Shown: in pieces, positions 27,119-36,159 of the stretch
Numbering within the stretch: the first letter of the stretch is position 1
Layout: the number at the start of each line of letters is the position of its first letter
Source: an uncultured virus (IMG/VR IMGVR_UViG_3300032268_000759)
Lineage: Duplodnaviria; Heunggongvirae; Uroviricota; Caudoviricetes
Length of the DNA stretch: 64,000 bases
Reading direction: 5' to 3' (one strand)
Virus record (IMG/VR): IMGVR_UViG_3300032268_000759
Location: 90,841 to 154,840 of that record
Notes under the pieces: model-generated
The model's input: only the letters and a program-made list of their open reading frames with translations
The model's database searches: none
What the model was told of the DNA's origin: nothing
Position numbers and translations under genes: made by a program

Positions 27119-28072
27119 ATGAACATAACAGAACCAAGACTTTGGTACAAACCATTTGAGTATCAACAAGCATTTGATTTCTATAAAGATCAACATCGCG
27201 TACATTGGTTAGCAGATGAAGTTCCATTAGCATCAGATTTAAATGACTGGAAATTAAAATTAACTGAACCAGAGAAAAATTTGATTGGTAATATTTTAAA
27301 ATCATTCGCACAAACAGAAGTACATGTTAATGATTATTGGTCAACAAAAGTATCAATGTGGTTCCCAAAACCAGAAGTACAGGCGATGGCTCGTGTGTTT
27401 GCTGATTTTGAAAGTATACATGCTGAGGCTTATGCTCGACTAAATGAAGAACTTGGATTAGATGATTTTAAAGCATTTTTAGAAGATGAAGCATCAAAAG
27501 CAAAAATAGATCGTTTAGTAGAAACACCAGGTGAATCATTAGAAGAAAGAGCATTATCATTAGCTATATTTTCAGCATTTACTGAAGGAGTTAATTTATT
27601 TAGTTCATTTGCTATATTGATGAGTTTCCAATTAAGAAACTTAATGAAAGGAACAGGACAGATTGTAGAATGGAGTGTTAGAGATGAATCATTGCATTCA
27701 AAAGCTGGATGTTGGTTATATAAAACATTACTGTCAGAAAATCCTACACTAGATACTCCTGAATTAAGAAATAAAATTATTGAAGCATGTGAGTTATCAG
27801 TACAATTAGAATCTGATTTTATTGATAAAGCATTTGAAATGGGAAATGTTGAAGGTTTAACTAAAGACCAGTTAAAAAACTTTATTAAAGCAAGAGCAAA
27901 CGAAAAAATAATTGAGTTAGGATATAATGCAATATATAATGATATTGATCCTAACTTATTAAAACAAATAGAATGGTTTGGACATTTAACAAGTGGTAAG
28001 ACACATCAAGACTTCTTTGCAGGTCGTGTTACTAACTATTCTAAGTCAAATGGTGATTGGAGTGATTTATAG
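27119..28072 (+). CDS. nrdB: ribonucleotide reductase beta subunit
   Basis: W..DE, ESIH..AY, TEGVNLFSSF, RDESLH, DFF..RVTNY. Confidence 0.92.
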   Translation: MNITEPRLWYKPFEYQQAFDFYKDQHRVHWLADEVPLASDLNDWKLKLTEPEKNLIGNILKSFAQTEVHVNDYWSTKVSMWFPKPEVQAMARVFADFESIHAEAYARLNEELGLDDFKAFLEDEASKAKIDRLVETPGESLEERALSLAIFSAFTEGVNLFSSFAILMSFQLRNLMKGTGQIVEWSVRDESLHSKAGCWLYKTLLSENPTLDTPELRNKIIEACELSVQLESDFIDKAFEMGNVEGLTKDQLKNFIKARANEKIIELGYNAIYNDIDPNLLKQIEWFGHLTSGKTHQDFFAGRVTNYSKSNGDWSDL

Positions 28073-28080
28073 AAAAAAAT

Positions 28081-29805
28081 ATGAGCATACAAGTAGATAC
28101 AAGTAAATGGATTAAGGGTAAAGATTACCCAGAGTGGATGGATGATATAGCTATCAGCATGATTTCAAAAGGTTATTTATTACCTGATGAAAATGTTTTT
28201 GACGCTTATAAAAGAGTAAGTAAAGCTGCTTCACGTAGATTAAAACGTAAAGATTTACAACCATTCTTTATGGAAGCAATAGTTAAAAATTGGTTATGCT
28301 TAGCATCACCTGTATTGTCAAATATGGGTACTGAACGTGGAATGCCTATTTCATGTTTTGGTATTGATGTTGGTGATTCAATTGAAGGAATTGCTGAAGC
28401 AAACGCAGAATTAATGCGTTTATCATCACAAGGTGGAGGTGTTGGTATTGGGTTATCTCGTATAAGAGGACGTGGTAAAAACATTAAAGACAACGGTATA
28501 AGTGAAGGTGTAGTGCCATGGGCTAAAATATATGATTCAACAATATTAGCTACAAACCAAGGTAGTGTTCGTAGAGGAGCAGCTTCAGTTAATTTAAATA
28601 TTAACCATCCAGATATTGAAGAATTTTTAATGATTCGTAGACCAAAAGGTGATGTTAATCGTCAATGTCTAAACTTACATCAGTGTGTAGTTGTAGATGA
28701 TGTGTTTATGGATAAACTTGAAAATAAAGATCCTAAATCATTAAAAATATGGGGTGAGATTTTAAAAACACGTCTTGAAACAGGTGAACCTTATATTATG
28801 TTTGGAGATAATATTAATAAGGCAAATCCTCAAGCGTATAAAAATAACAATCTTCAAGTATCAATGACAAACATTTGTACTGAGATTGCTTTATACACAG
28901 ATGAGTTACATTCATTTATATGCTGTTTATCTTCATTAAATTTATCTCGTTGGGATGAATGGAAAGATTATAAGTTTGAAAATGGAATGACATTACCTGA
29001 GTTATCAACTTGGTTTTTAGAAGGAGCATTACAAGAGTTTATTGATAGAGCAAAAAATATTAAGTTTTTTGAAAATACAGTTCGCTCAGCAACAAAAGGA
29101 AGAGCAATTGGATTAGGTATTTTGGGTTGGCATACATTCTTACAATCAAAAGGATTACCATTTGTAGGTATTCAAGCGAACGCTTATACAAGAATGATAT
29201 TTGACTTTATTGAAAAAGAAGCACTAAAAGCATCTCGTGACCAGGCAATTGAATATGGTGAACCAGAATGGTGTAAAGGAACAGGTTTAAGACATACTCA
29301 TCATTTAGCACCTGCACCAACAGTATCAAATGCTCATATATCAGGTGGAGTTTCACCTTCAATTGAACCAATACCTGCTAATGTTTATAATTTAAAAACA
29401 GCAAAAGGAGTATTTATTAAACGTAATAAAATACTTGAAGCATTACTTGAACAAAAAGGATATAATATTGATAGTGTTTGGGATCAAATTTTAAGAGACC
29501 AAGGTTCAGTAGTGGGTTTACCAGATTATATTTTAACTGATGAAGAAAAAGAAATATTCTTAACATTTAAAGAAATTAATCAATTAGAAATTGTTAAACA
29601 AAATGGTATTAGGCAACAATATGTTGATCAAGCAATATCTTTAAATTTAACATTTGATCCAAATGATTCTCCAAAATGGATTAGTCAAGTACATAAAGAA
29701 GCTTGGAAACAAGGAATTAAAACACTTTATTATCTAAGAACAGAATCAGTATTAAGAGGAGATAATTTACAAAGATTATCAGATTGTGTTAGTTGTGAAG
29801 GTTAA
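28081..29805 (+). CDS. nrdA: ribonucleotide reductase alpha subunit (short, no ATP cone evident)
   Basis: ISCF, GGGVG, TNICTE, APAPT, KTLYY, C-terminal CVSCEG. Confidence 0.92.
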   Translation: MSIQVDTSKWIKGKDYPEWMDDIAISMISKGYLLPDENVFDAYKRVSKAASRRLKRKDLQPFFMEAIVKNWLCLASPVLSNMGTERGMPISCFGIDVGDSIEGIAEANAELMRLSSQGGGVGIGLSRIRGRGKNIKDNGISEGVVPWAKIYDSTILATNQGSVRRGAASVNLNINHPDIEEFLMIRRPKGDVNRQCLNLHQCVVVDDVFMDKLENKDPKSLKIWGEILKTRLETGEPYIMFGDNINKANPQAYKNNNLQVSMTNICTEIALYTDELHSFICCLSSLNLSRWDEWKDYKFENGMTLPELSTWFLEGALQEFIDRAKNIKFFENTVRSATKGRAIGLGILGWHTFLQSKGLPFVGIQANAYTRMIFDFIEKEALKASRDQAIEYGEPEWCKGTGLRHTHHLAPAPTVSNAHISGGVSPSIEPIPANVYNLKTAKGVFIKRNKILEALLEQKGYNIDSVWDQILRDQGSVVGLPDYILTDEEKEIFLTFKEINQLEIVKQNGIRQQYVDQAISLNLTFDPNDSPKWISQVHKEAWKQGIKTLYYLRTESVLRGDNLQRLSDCVSCEG

Positions 29806-29817
29806 ACAATAAAAGTT

Positions 29818-30870
29818 ATGAATAACAAATATTTACCATATCTAATATTATTTTGTGCGCTGGGACTTGGAGTCTCAGCCGCATATTACAGCATTGTAGG
29901 TTTATCAATGTTGTTTGCAGGTGTTGCTTTACCTGTAACAATAATGGCCTCATTTTTAGAAATATCTAAACTTTCAATAGCAACTTTATTACATAGATCT
30001 TGGAAAACATTAAATGGATTACTTAAAACATACCTTACAATAGCTGTAGTAGTATTATCTTTAATAACATCTGCTGGTATTTATGGACTATTAAGTTCAG
30101 GTTATCAAACAACAGCAAATAAATCTGGTATTATTGATCAAAAAATAAGTTCACTAGAAAGTAAAAAACAATCTTATGAACTTATAAAAACAGGTTATTT
30201 AACAGATAAAGAGTCATTAACAAAATCAACATCAGAGTTAAGAACAGCCTTATCTAAAAATACAGTTTTGCAGTCTGTAGATAAAAAAGGAAATCTTATT
30301 ACTCGAGAAAGTAAAGGTAATAGAAAAGTATTTGAAAATCAACTTACATCTTCTATTAAAGCAGAAGAAGTATTATCAGCTAAACTTGATGTTATTAATG
30401 ACAGTATATTTAGTTTAGAGACCCAAATATTAAATATAAAAGCAAAAAATGATCTAGCTAATGAGTTAGGTCCATTAAAATACTTATCTGGTCTAACAGG
30501 ACAACCAATGGATAAAGTAATAAACTGGTTCATGATTATCATTATTTTAGTATTTGATCCATTAGCAATAGCATTAGTTATAGCAGCAAATGCTTCATTT
30601 GAAAAGAATAGAATACCAAAAGAATATCCAATATCTGAATCTGAACCTGATATAGAACCTAAACCCATATTAATACCTCAAACACAAGAGGAAATAATGG
30701 AGAAATATGATACAAATAAAGATGGAGTATTAAGTGAAGAAGAAATAAGTAAAATACCTCCTGAATTACAACAAATGAAAGAATTACTTAGCCGCCCAGA
30801 TATATCAGGATGGAGAAAAAATCGTATTAGAGAACAACTCCCTCCAGATGATAATGTAAAAGAATATTAA
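29818..30870 (+). CDS. membrane protein with coiled coil and C-terminal EF-hand-like loop
   Basis: Three N-terminal hydrophobic helices, LGPLKYL, FDPLAIAL TM segment, DTNKDGVLSEEE. Confidence 0.7.
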   Translation: MNNKYLPYLILFCALGLGVSAAYYSIVGLSMLFAGVALPVTIMASFLEISKLSIATLLHRSWKTLNGLLKTYLTIAVVVLSLITSAGIYGLLSSGYQTTANKSGIIDQKISSLESKKQSYELIKTGYLTDKESLTKSTSELRTALSKNTVLQSVDKKGNLITRESKGNRKVFENQLTSSIKAEEVLSAKLDVINDSIFSLETQILNIKAKNDLANELGPLKYLSGLTGQPMDKVINWFMIIIILVFDPLAIALVIAANASFEKNRIPKEYPISESEPDIEPKPILIPQTQEEIMEKYDTNKDGVLSEEEISKIPPELQQMKELLSRPDISGWRKNRIREQLPPDDNVKEY

Positions 30871-30873
30871 AGG

Positions 30874-30905
30874 TTTGGCCTCCCAATAAATCTTCATTAT
30901 ATTTA
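30874..30905 (+). promoter_or_regulatory. Bacteroidetes-like promoter TTTG-N20-TATATTTA
   Basis: Fixed-spacing motif. Confidence 0.65.
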
Positions 30906-30909
30906 CATT

Positions 30910-31398
30910 ATGAATAAAGATATAAAAGAAGTACTTGATTATCTAGGTTATAAAATAAATGTGGATGTTCCGGCTAAACCACCACATAGAGGTAATAATA
31001 AGTTTTATTGGTGGAGAAGATATCCAATTCATAAAGAATTACATAAATACCAACCAATTGAAGACAAATTAGCTAATGGTGATTTTAGTTATTCACCTTA
31101 TTGGACTCAAGTTCAATATGAACAATATTGGTTAGCAGAAGCCATATCTAAATCAAAATTAGAAAAGGAATGGTGTGTTGAAAAAGAAAGAGAAGTCAGA
31201 ACTATATACGCCAAACGTATAAATAAACTATCTGAAGATGCTATGAAAGATGAGTTTGAACGTTTACAATCATTTAAACTTGACTTAAAACGTCAATATG
31301 GAGGTAAACAAGATGATGTTAGTGAGTTTGTAGATAAGTTTGAAGGCAGTTTGGAAGAATGCGTTTTATTTTATAAATTATCAAAAAAGTTACAATAA
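30910..31398 (+). CDS. hypothetical protein
   Basis: 162 aa, FYWWRRY motif; TAATG overlap with the next gene. Confidence 0.7.
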   Translation: MNKDIKEVLDYLGYKINVDVPAKPPHRGNNKFYWWRRYPIHKELHKYQPIEDKLANGDFSYSPYWTQVQYEQYWLAEAISKSKLEKEWCVEKEREVRTIYAKRINKLSEDAMKDEFERLQSFKLDLKRQYGGKQDDVSEFVDKFEGSLEECVLFYKLSKKLQ

Positions 31399-32186
31399 TG
31401 AAAATATCACATGAAGTACCACTCTCATTACTTGAGAAAAGTTTAATGTTTAATGATTATCAGTACGTATTACCTCATTTAATAGACAAATATAATGAGT
31501 ATAAACTATTTATGTTGAGGTATAGAGCTCAAGAAAACTCATTTATAATAATGGATAATGGTCTTTTTGAGGGAGTAACTCATACAGCTGAGGATTTAGT
31601 TGAGAAAATGCATTTAGTTAAACCTGATATTTTTATAACACCTGATGATTGGAATAATTCTCATGCTACATATAAAAATGCAAAATACTGGATAAATACT
31701 CTAAAGTCACAACTACCATCAACTACAAAATTAATGGTTGTATTACAAGGTAAAACAATAGAAGAGATAACTAATTTATATAATAAATGTATTGATTTAG
31801 GTTTTAAACACTTTGCATTTAATCATTCTTCAGAAGCATACCAACGAATATTTAATCATCCTAATAAGTTAGTTAACCAAATGATGGGTAGAATTGAGGT
31901 AATAAATTCATTAAGAAGACAAGGTCATATTTTAGATAATCATTATATTCATTTACTTGGAGCATCACTACCTCAAGAGTTTATTTATTACAAAGGTATG
32001 GAATGGATTAATTCAGTTGATACTTCATCTCCAATTATAAATGGTGCTTTAAATATACCTTATGAAGAGTATGGTTTGTTAACTAAGCCAACAAATAAAA
32101 TTGAAGAGTTCTTTGAAGATAGTTTAGAAGAACAAATAGGAAATATTACATTTAATATAAATAAGTTTAAAGAATATACTTCATAG
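31398..32186 (+). CDS. TGT/DpdA-like transglycosylase-fold protein
   Basis: IMDNGLFE, PDDW, VVLQG, IHLLG, SVDTSSP in the order of TGT/DpdA barrel motifs; next to que genes. Confidence 0.55.
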   Translation: MKISHEVPLSLLEKSLMFNDYQYVLPHLIDKYNEYKLFMLRYRAQENSFIIMDNGLFEGVTHTAEDLVEKMHLVKPDIFITPDDWNNSHATYKNAKYWINTLKSQLPSTTKLMVVLQGKTIEEITNLYNKCIDLGFKHFAFNHSSEAYQRIFNHPNKLVNQMMGRIEVINSLRRQGHILDNHYIHLLGASLPQEFIYYKGMEWINSVDTSSPIINGALNIPYEEYGLLTKPTNKIEEFFEDSLEEQIGNITFNINKFKEYTS

Positions 32187-32202
32187 ATATATTAAAATAT
32201 AT

Positions 32203-32275
32203 GCTCCGTTAGTGAAGCGGTCTAACACGCTACCCTTTCACGGTAGAGGCACGGGTTCGATTCCCGTACGGAGTA
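32203..32275 (+). tRNA. tRNA-Glu (anticodon TTC)
   Basis: Acceptor GCTCCGT/ACGGAGT, anticodon arm CTACC-CTTTCAC-GGTAG, T arm ACGGG-TTCGATT-CCCGT; no encoded CCA. Confidence 0.92.
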
Positions 32276-32294
32276 CAAATATTTTTAAAAATTA

Positions 32295-32329
32295 AAGCTT
32301 GGCCAACCAGGCTTTTTTTGTTATATTAA
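32295..32329 (+). terminator. intrinsic terminator overlapping promoter CTTG-N20-TATATTAA
   Basis: AAGCTTGG-CCAA-CCAGGCTT plus T tract; CTTG 32298, TATATTAA 32322. Confidence 0.7.
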
Positions 32330-32348
32330 TATTATAATAAAATAAGTT

Positions 32349-32567
32349 ATGACACAAACACAATACATTTCACTTTACGATTATTTAGGTAAAGCAGCTG
32401 GACCTGAATTAGGTAAACAAGTAGCAGATTATGCTAAATTAAAAAAATTTCCTGTTCAATTAAGGGAGGTTAATACAAAAACTTATAAAGGTAAAGTAAT
32501 GCTTTATACTAAAGAGTTTTTAACAGAGTTTTTTCATGCTAAAAATATTTTTACATATGCAAAATAA
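32349..32567 (+). CDS. hypothetical protein
   Basis: SLYDYLGKAAG..LGKQV...YKGKVMLY; promoter directly upstream. Confidence 0.7.
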   Translation: MTQTQYISLYDYLGKAAGPELGKQVADYAKLKKFPVQLREVNTKTYKGKVMLYTKEFLTEFFHAKNIFTYAK

Positions 32568-33393
32568 AAAACATGCGGTTATAAGTTTAAGTGGAGGTAT
32601 GGATTCCTCTACTTTATTATTACATTTATTAAATGAAGGTTATGATTGTACTTGTTTAAGTTTTGATTATGGTCAAAAACATAAAGTTGAATTAGAAAGA
32701 GCAGTTGAATTAGTGAAGTACATTAATGAATATTTTGTTGTAGATGAAGAAAGTAAAACATTTGATTATCCATTTAACATTACTCATCAAATCATCAAAT
32801 TAGATGGTTTAAGTCAATTACTAAACTCATCATTAGTTGAAGGTGGACATGAAGTGCCTGAAGGTCATTATGAAAATGAAAACATGAAGGCAACTGTGGT
32901 ACCTAATAGGAATATGATATTTAGTTCAATAGTACAATCAGTAGCACTATCAATAGCTACTAAACATAATACTGAATGTGTTATTGCTTTAGGTTTACAT
33001 AGTGGTGACCATGCTGTTTATCCTGATACAACTGAACAATTTAGACAATCATGTTTAGAAACATTCAAAATAGGAAATTGGGAATCACATTTAGTAGATT
33101 ATTATGCTCCATATATGGAGACAAATAAATTTGGTATATTAGAAGATGGAGCCAAATGTTGTGAGTTCTTATGTTTAGATTTTGATGAAGTATATAAACG
33201 TACTAATACATCTTACAAACCATTTCCAAGTGGAAACAGTGATTACAAATCAGCATCATCAGTAGAACGTATTGAAGCATTTATTAAATTAGGCCGCCCA
33301 GATTCAGTTCAATATGAAGACGAATCAGGTCCTGTAAGTTGGGAAGTAGCTAAAGCACACGTAGAAACAGTTTTAAACAATCATAATAAATAA
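32557..33393 (+). CDS. queC: 7-cyano-7-deazaguanine synthase
   Basis: SGGMDS, FDYGQKH, VPNRN, H.GD..YPD; start re-called at 32557; C-terminal Zn-binding Cys absent. Confidence 0.88.
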   Translation: MQNKKHAVISLSGGMDSSTLLLHLLNEGYDCTCLSFDYGQKHKVELERAVELVKYINEYFVVDEESKTFDYPFNITHQIIKLDGLSQLLNSSLVEGGHEVPEGHYENENMKATVVPNRNMIFSSIVQSVALSIATKHNTECVIALGLHSGDHAVYPDTTEQFRQSCLETFKIGNWESHLVDYYAPYMETNKFGILEDGAKCCEFLCLDFDEVYKRTNTSYKPFPSGNSDYKSASSVERIEAFIKLGRPDSVQYEDESGPVSWEVAKAHVETVLNNHNK

Positions 33394-33394
33394 T

Positions 33395-33598
33395 ATGAAA
33401 AATCAATTAGAATTAACAAGAAGTTTTGGAGGAATAATATCAAATGATATTAAGAATTTCCAAAGTAAAGAACATATGCGTTCAGAACAAAAACATCTTA
33501 GAGCATACAAACAAGGTGTAAAATGGTTTACTAATGGAACCAAAGATGAAAAAACAAATGAAACTGTATATTTTAAAGTAGAGGAGAAGTGGAATTAA
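33395..33598 (+). CDS. hypothetical protein
   Basis: 67-aa ORF tightly packed in the operon. Confidence 0.6.
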   Translation: MKNQLELTRSFGGIISNDIKNFQSKEHMRSEQKHLRAYKQGVKWFTNGTKDEKTNETVYFKVEEKWN

Positions 33599-33599
33599 T

Positions 33600-33848
33600 A
33601 TGAAAACATTATTTTATTTTAGTGCACCATGGTGTGTACCATGCCAATCATTAGGTCCTATTATGGATCAAGTAGCATTACGAGGTATTCCTGTAGAAAA
33701 AGTTAACATAGATTATGAAACAGATAGAACAGTAGCAGCAAATGTCACAAGTGTACCTACAGTAGTATTAGCTCAAAATGGAGTTGAAATTAAACGATTT
33801 ACAGGTGCTAAATCATTACAACAAGTATTAGACTTTTACAATAATTAA
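33600..33848 (+). CDS. thioredoxin
   Basis: FSAPWCVPC, SVPT, RFTG. Confidence 0.85.
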   Translation: MKTLFYFSAPWCVPCQSLGPIMDQVALRGIPVEKVNIDYETDRTVAANVTSVPTVVLAQNGVEIKRFTGAKSLQQVLDFYNN

Positions 33849-33849
33849 T

Positions 33850-34311
33850 ATGAGTAAATTTCAATCAACAAAAGTATTTGATGGATACAGTTGTGTATTC
33901 CGTCAATGGAAAGCAGAAGGTACTCATTGTAGATTTCTACATGGTTATGGAGTATCATTTAGAGTATGGTTTGAAGGTGAATTAGATGAACGTAATTGGG
34001 TATGGGATTTTGGAGGCATGAAGCGTGCTAAAGGTACTATTGATGATATGAATCCTAAGCAGTGGATGGACTATATGTTTGACCATACTGTTATTATAGC
34101 AGATGATGATCCTTGTATTGGACTATTTAAGAAAATGCATGTTGAAGATCTTATACAGTTAAGAATAATACCAGCAGTAGGAGCAGAACAATTTGCAAAA
34201 TATATCTATGAAAAATTAAATGTATTTGTTCAAGAAGAAACAGATGGTAGAGTTAAAGTAGCAAGAGTAGAATTTATGGAACATAGTAAAAATACAGCTA
34301 TATATGAGTAA
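33850..34311 (+). CDS. queD: 6-carboxytetrahydropterin synthase
   Basis: HCRFLHGY, VWDFG, FDH, AEQFA, terminal E...N.A.Y. Confidence 0.85.
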   Translation: MSKFQSTKVFDGYSCVFRQWKAEGTHCRFLHGYGVSFRVWFEGELDERNWVWDFGGMKRAKGTIDDMNPKQWMDYMFDHTVIIADDDPCIGLFKKMHVEDLIQLRIIPAVGAEQFAKYIYEKLNVFVQEETDGRVKVARVEFMEHSKNTAIYE

Positions 34312-35122
34312 AATAAGCACAGACAAGTTACTAATTAGTAGTGACTTTTATTCAGTTCAAGGAGAAGGAATTTCATCTGGTGTACCTTCATACTTCGTTC
34401 GTTTAGGTGTTTGTAATCTAACTTGTGGTATGAGTAGAAAATTCACTAACAACTTAGCTAAAGAACAAACATTACAAGATGGTGAAATATTTAAAGGTGA
34501 TTTAGAATTAGAAGGTAAAGCAACTTGGACTTGTGACTCAACATCTCAATGGTTATGGAGAGGTGAAGATAAAGATTTTCAATATCTAATTGATCAATGG
34601 AAAGAACAAGGTATCTATGAAGATATTTTAGATGGTACTATCCATATTATTTGGACTGGTGGGGAGCCTACAATTAAACAACATCAAGAAGCTATTGCTA
34701 ATTTTCATGAGTATTGGGGTGGATTTAACTCTTATGATGAAATAGAAACTAATGGGACAATAGTAATTGATAGACCATTATTTAGATTACTTGATCAAAT
34801 TAACTGTTCACCTAAATTATCTAACTCAGGTTTAGACGCTAAACAACGTATTAACCCAGATGCTATCAAACGTATAATGGAACATAAGAATTATACATTT
34901 AAGTTTGTTATATCAAATGAAGATGATGTTAGTGAAGTATTCCGTGACTTTGTAATACCATTTAATATACCACTTAAAAATGTAGTTTGTATGCCTGGTT
35001 TAGATAGTCAAACTAATTTTCATGAGCGCACTCAGTTTGTATTAGAGATGGCTAAGAAATATAAATTTAGAGGCTTAACAAGATTACATATCTCAGCTTG
35101 GGATAAAACATTAAACGTATAA
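34304..35122 (+). CDS. queE: 7-carboxy-7-deazaguanine synthase (radical SAM)
   Basis: FYSVQGEG, FVRL..CNL.C...CDS, TGGEP, ETNGT, SPKL, KFVI, RLH. Confidence 0.88.
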   Translation: MSKISTDKLLISSDFYSVQGEGISSGVPSYFVRLGVCNLTCGMSRKFTNNLAKEQTLQDGEIFKGDLELEGKATWTCDSTSQWLWRGEDKDFQYLIDQWKEQGIYEDILDGTIHIIWTGGEPTIKQHQEAIANFHEYWGGFNSYDEIETNGTIVIDRPLFRLLDQINCSPKLSNSGLDAKQRINPDAIKRIMEHKNYTFKFVISNEDDVSEVFRDFVIPFNIPLKNVVCMPGLDSQTNFHERTQFVLEMAKKYKFRGLTRLHISAWDKTLNV

Positions 35123-35125
35123 ATT

Positions 35126-35374
35126 ATGAAAACTCGTATCCATGTCAACCAACATCACATAAGATCTAATAAAACTAAAGGTACTAATCTTCCTGTTATA
35201 ACAGTTAAACAAGGTAAGAAAAATACCTATTGTAATGAGGTTGAAATATTAGGTCCAAGTAAGATAATTTATGGTGGAAATGGATGTGATGCAAAACCTC
35301 TATTAGGATGTGGAGCAAGAGTAGTAATAGAAACAGAAGCAGAAGTAATAATAAAACCTATCAATATTTATTAA
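35126..35374 (+). CDS. hypothetical protein
   Basis: IHVNQH.IRSN...PVITVK...CGARVVIET. Confidence 0.7.
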   Translation: MKTRIHVNQHHIRSNKTKGTNLPVITVKQGKKNTYCNEVEILGPSKIIYGGNGCDAKPLLGCGARVVIETEAEVIIKPINIY

Positions 35375-35375
35375 C

Positions 35376-35624
35376 ATGAAACATATATTATATTTTTACA
35401 AAAATGGTTGTGGACCATGTGATGAGATAAAATCAGTTATAGATAAATTATCTGAAACTAATAAAATAGATCGTATTAATATTAATGAGAGAGATACATT
35501 AGCTGATAAACTAAATATAATGTATACTCCAACTTTAGCAATTATTGATTCTGAAGCTAAAAGTATGGTTAAATATGAAGGTTCTAAAAAAATAAAACAG
35601 GTTATAAATGAAAATCTTATATAA
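35376..35624 (+). CDS. thioredoxin/glutaredoxin-like protein
   Basis: CGPC and YTPT. Confidence 0.75.
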   Translation: MKHILYFYKNGCGPCDEIKSVIDKLSETNKIDRININERDTLADKLNIMYTPTLAIIDSEAKSMVKYEGSKKIKQVINENLI

Positions 35625-36132
35625 TAAAGAACAAATACAAACAGCTGTAAATAAAATAGCTTTAGAAATCCATAAAAGGCATTATAACGATCCAAACCCA
35701 CCAGTAATGATCTGTGTGTTAAATGGAGCATTTATGTTTTTTACAGACTTAGTTAAAGCAATAAATATTGATTGTGAAATTGATTTTATGAGAGCTAAAT
35801 CATATGATGATCAACTTCAAACTGAAGTAGTTATAACTAAAGACATTGAAACTGATATAACAGGCAGACATGTTTATCTAATAGATGATATTTTAGATTC
35901 AGGTAATACTTTAAGACATATTATAAAACATTATACTACAAATCCAAGAATATCTCCTGCTTCAATCACTCCAGTAGTGTTATTTAAAAAATGGTCAAGT
36001 GAACTTGATAATTGTTTATATGGCATAGAATTAATTAATGAATCCTGGTTATGTGGTTATGGATTAGATGGACCTAATGGTTTAATGAGAAATAGAGATC
36101 TTATATTTGGCTTTGAGCCAGAAATTGATTAA
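35608..36132 (+). CDS. hypoxanthine/guanine phosphoribosyltransferase-like protein
   Basis: VLNGAFMFFTDL, KSY, PRPP motif LIDDILDSGNTL, GYGLD, MRN. Confidence 0.85.
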   Translation: MKILYNKEQIQTAVNKIALEIHKRHYNDPNPPVMICVLNGAFMFFTDLVKAINIDCEIDFMRAKSYDDQLQTEVVITKDIETDITGRHVYLIDDILDSGNTLRHIIKHYTTNPRISPASITPVVLFKKWSSELDNCLYGIELINESWLCGYGLDGPNGLMRNRDLIFGFEPEID

Positions 36133-36137
36133 ATTAA
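36106..36137 (+). promoter_or_regulatory. Bacteroidetes-like promoter TTTG-N20-TAAATTAA
   Basis: Fixed-spacing motif upstream of folE. Confidence 0.5.
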
Positions 36138-36159
36138 TATTATAAATAAAGTTATAAAA

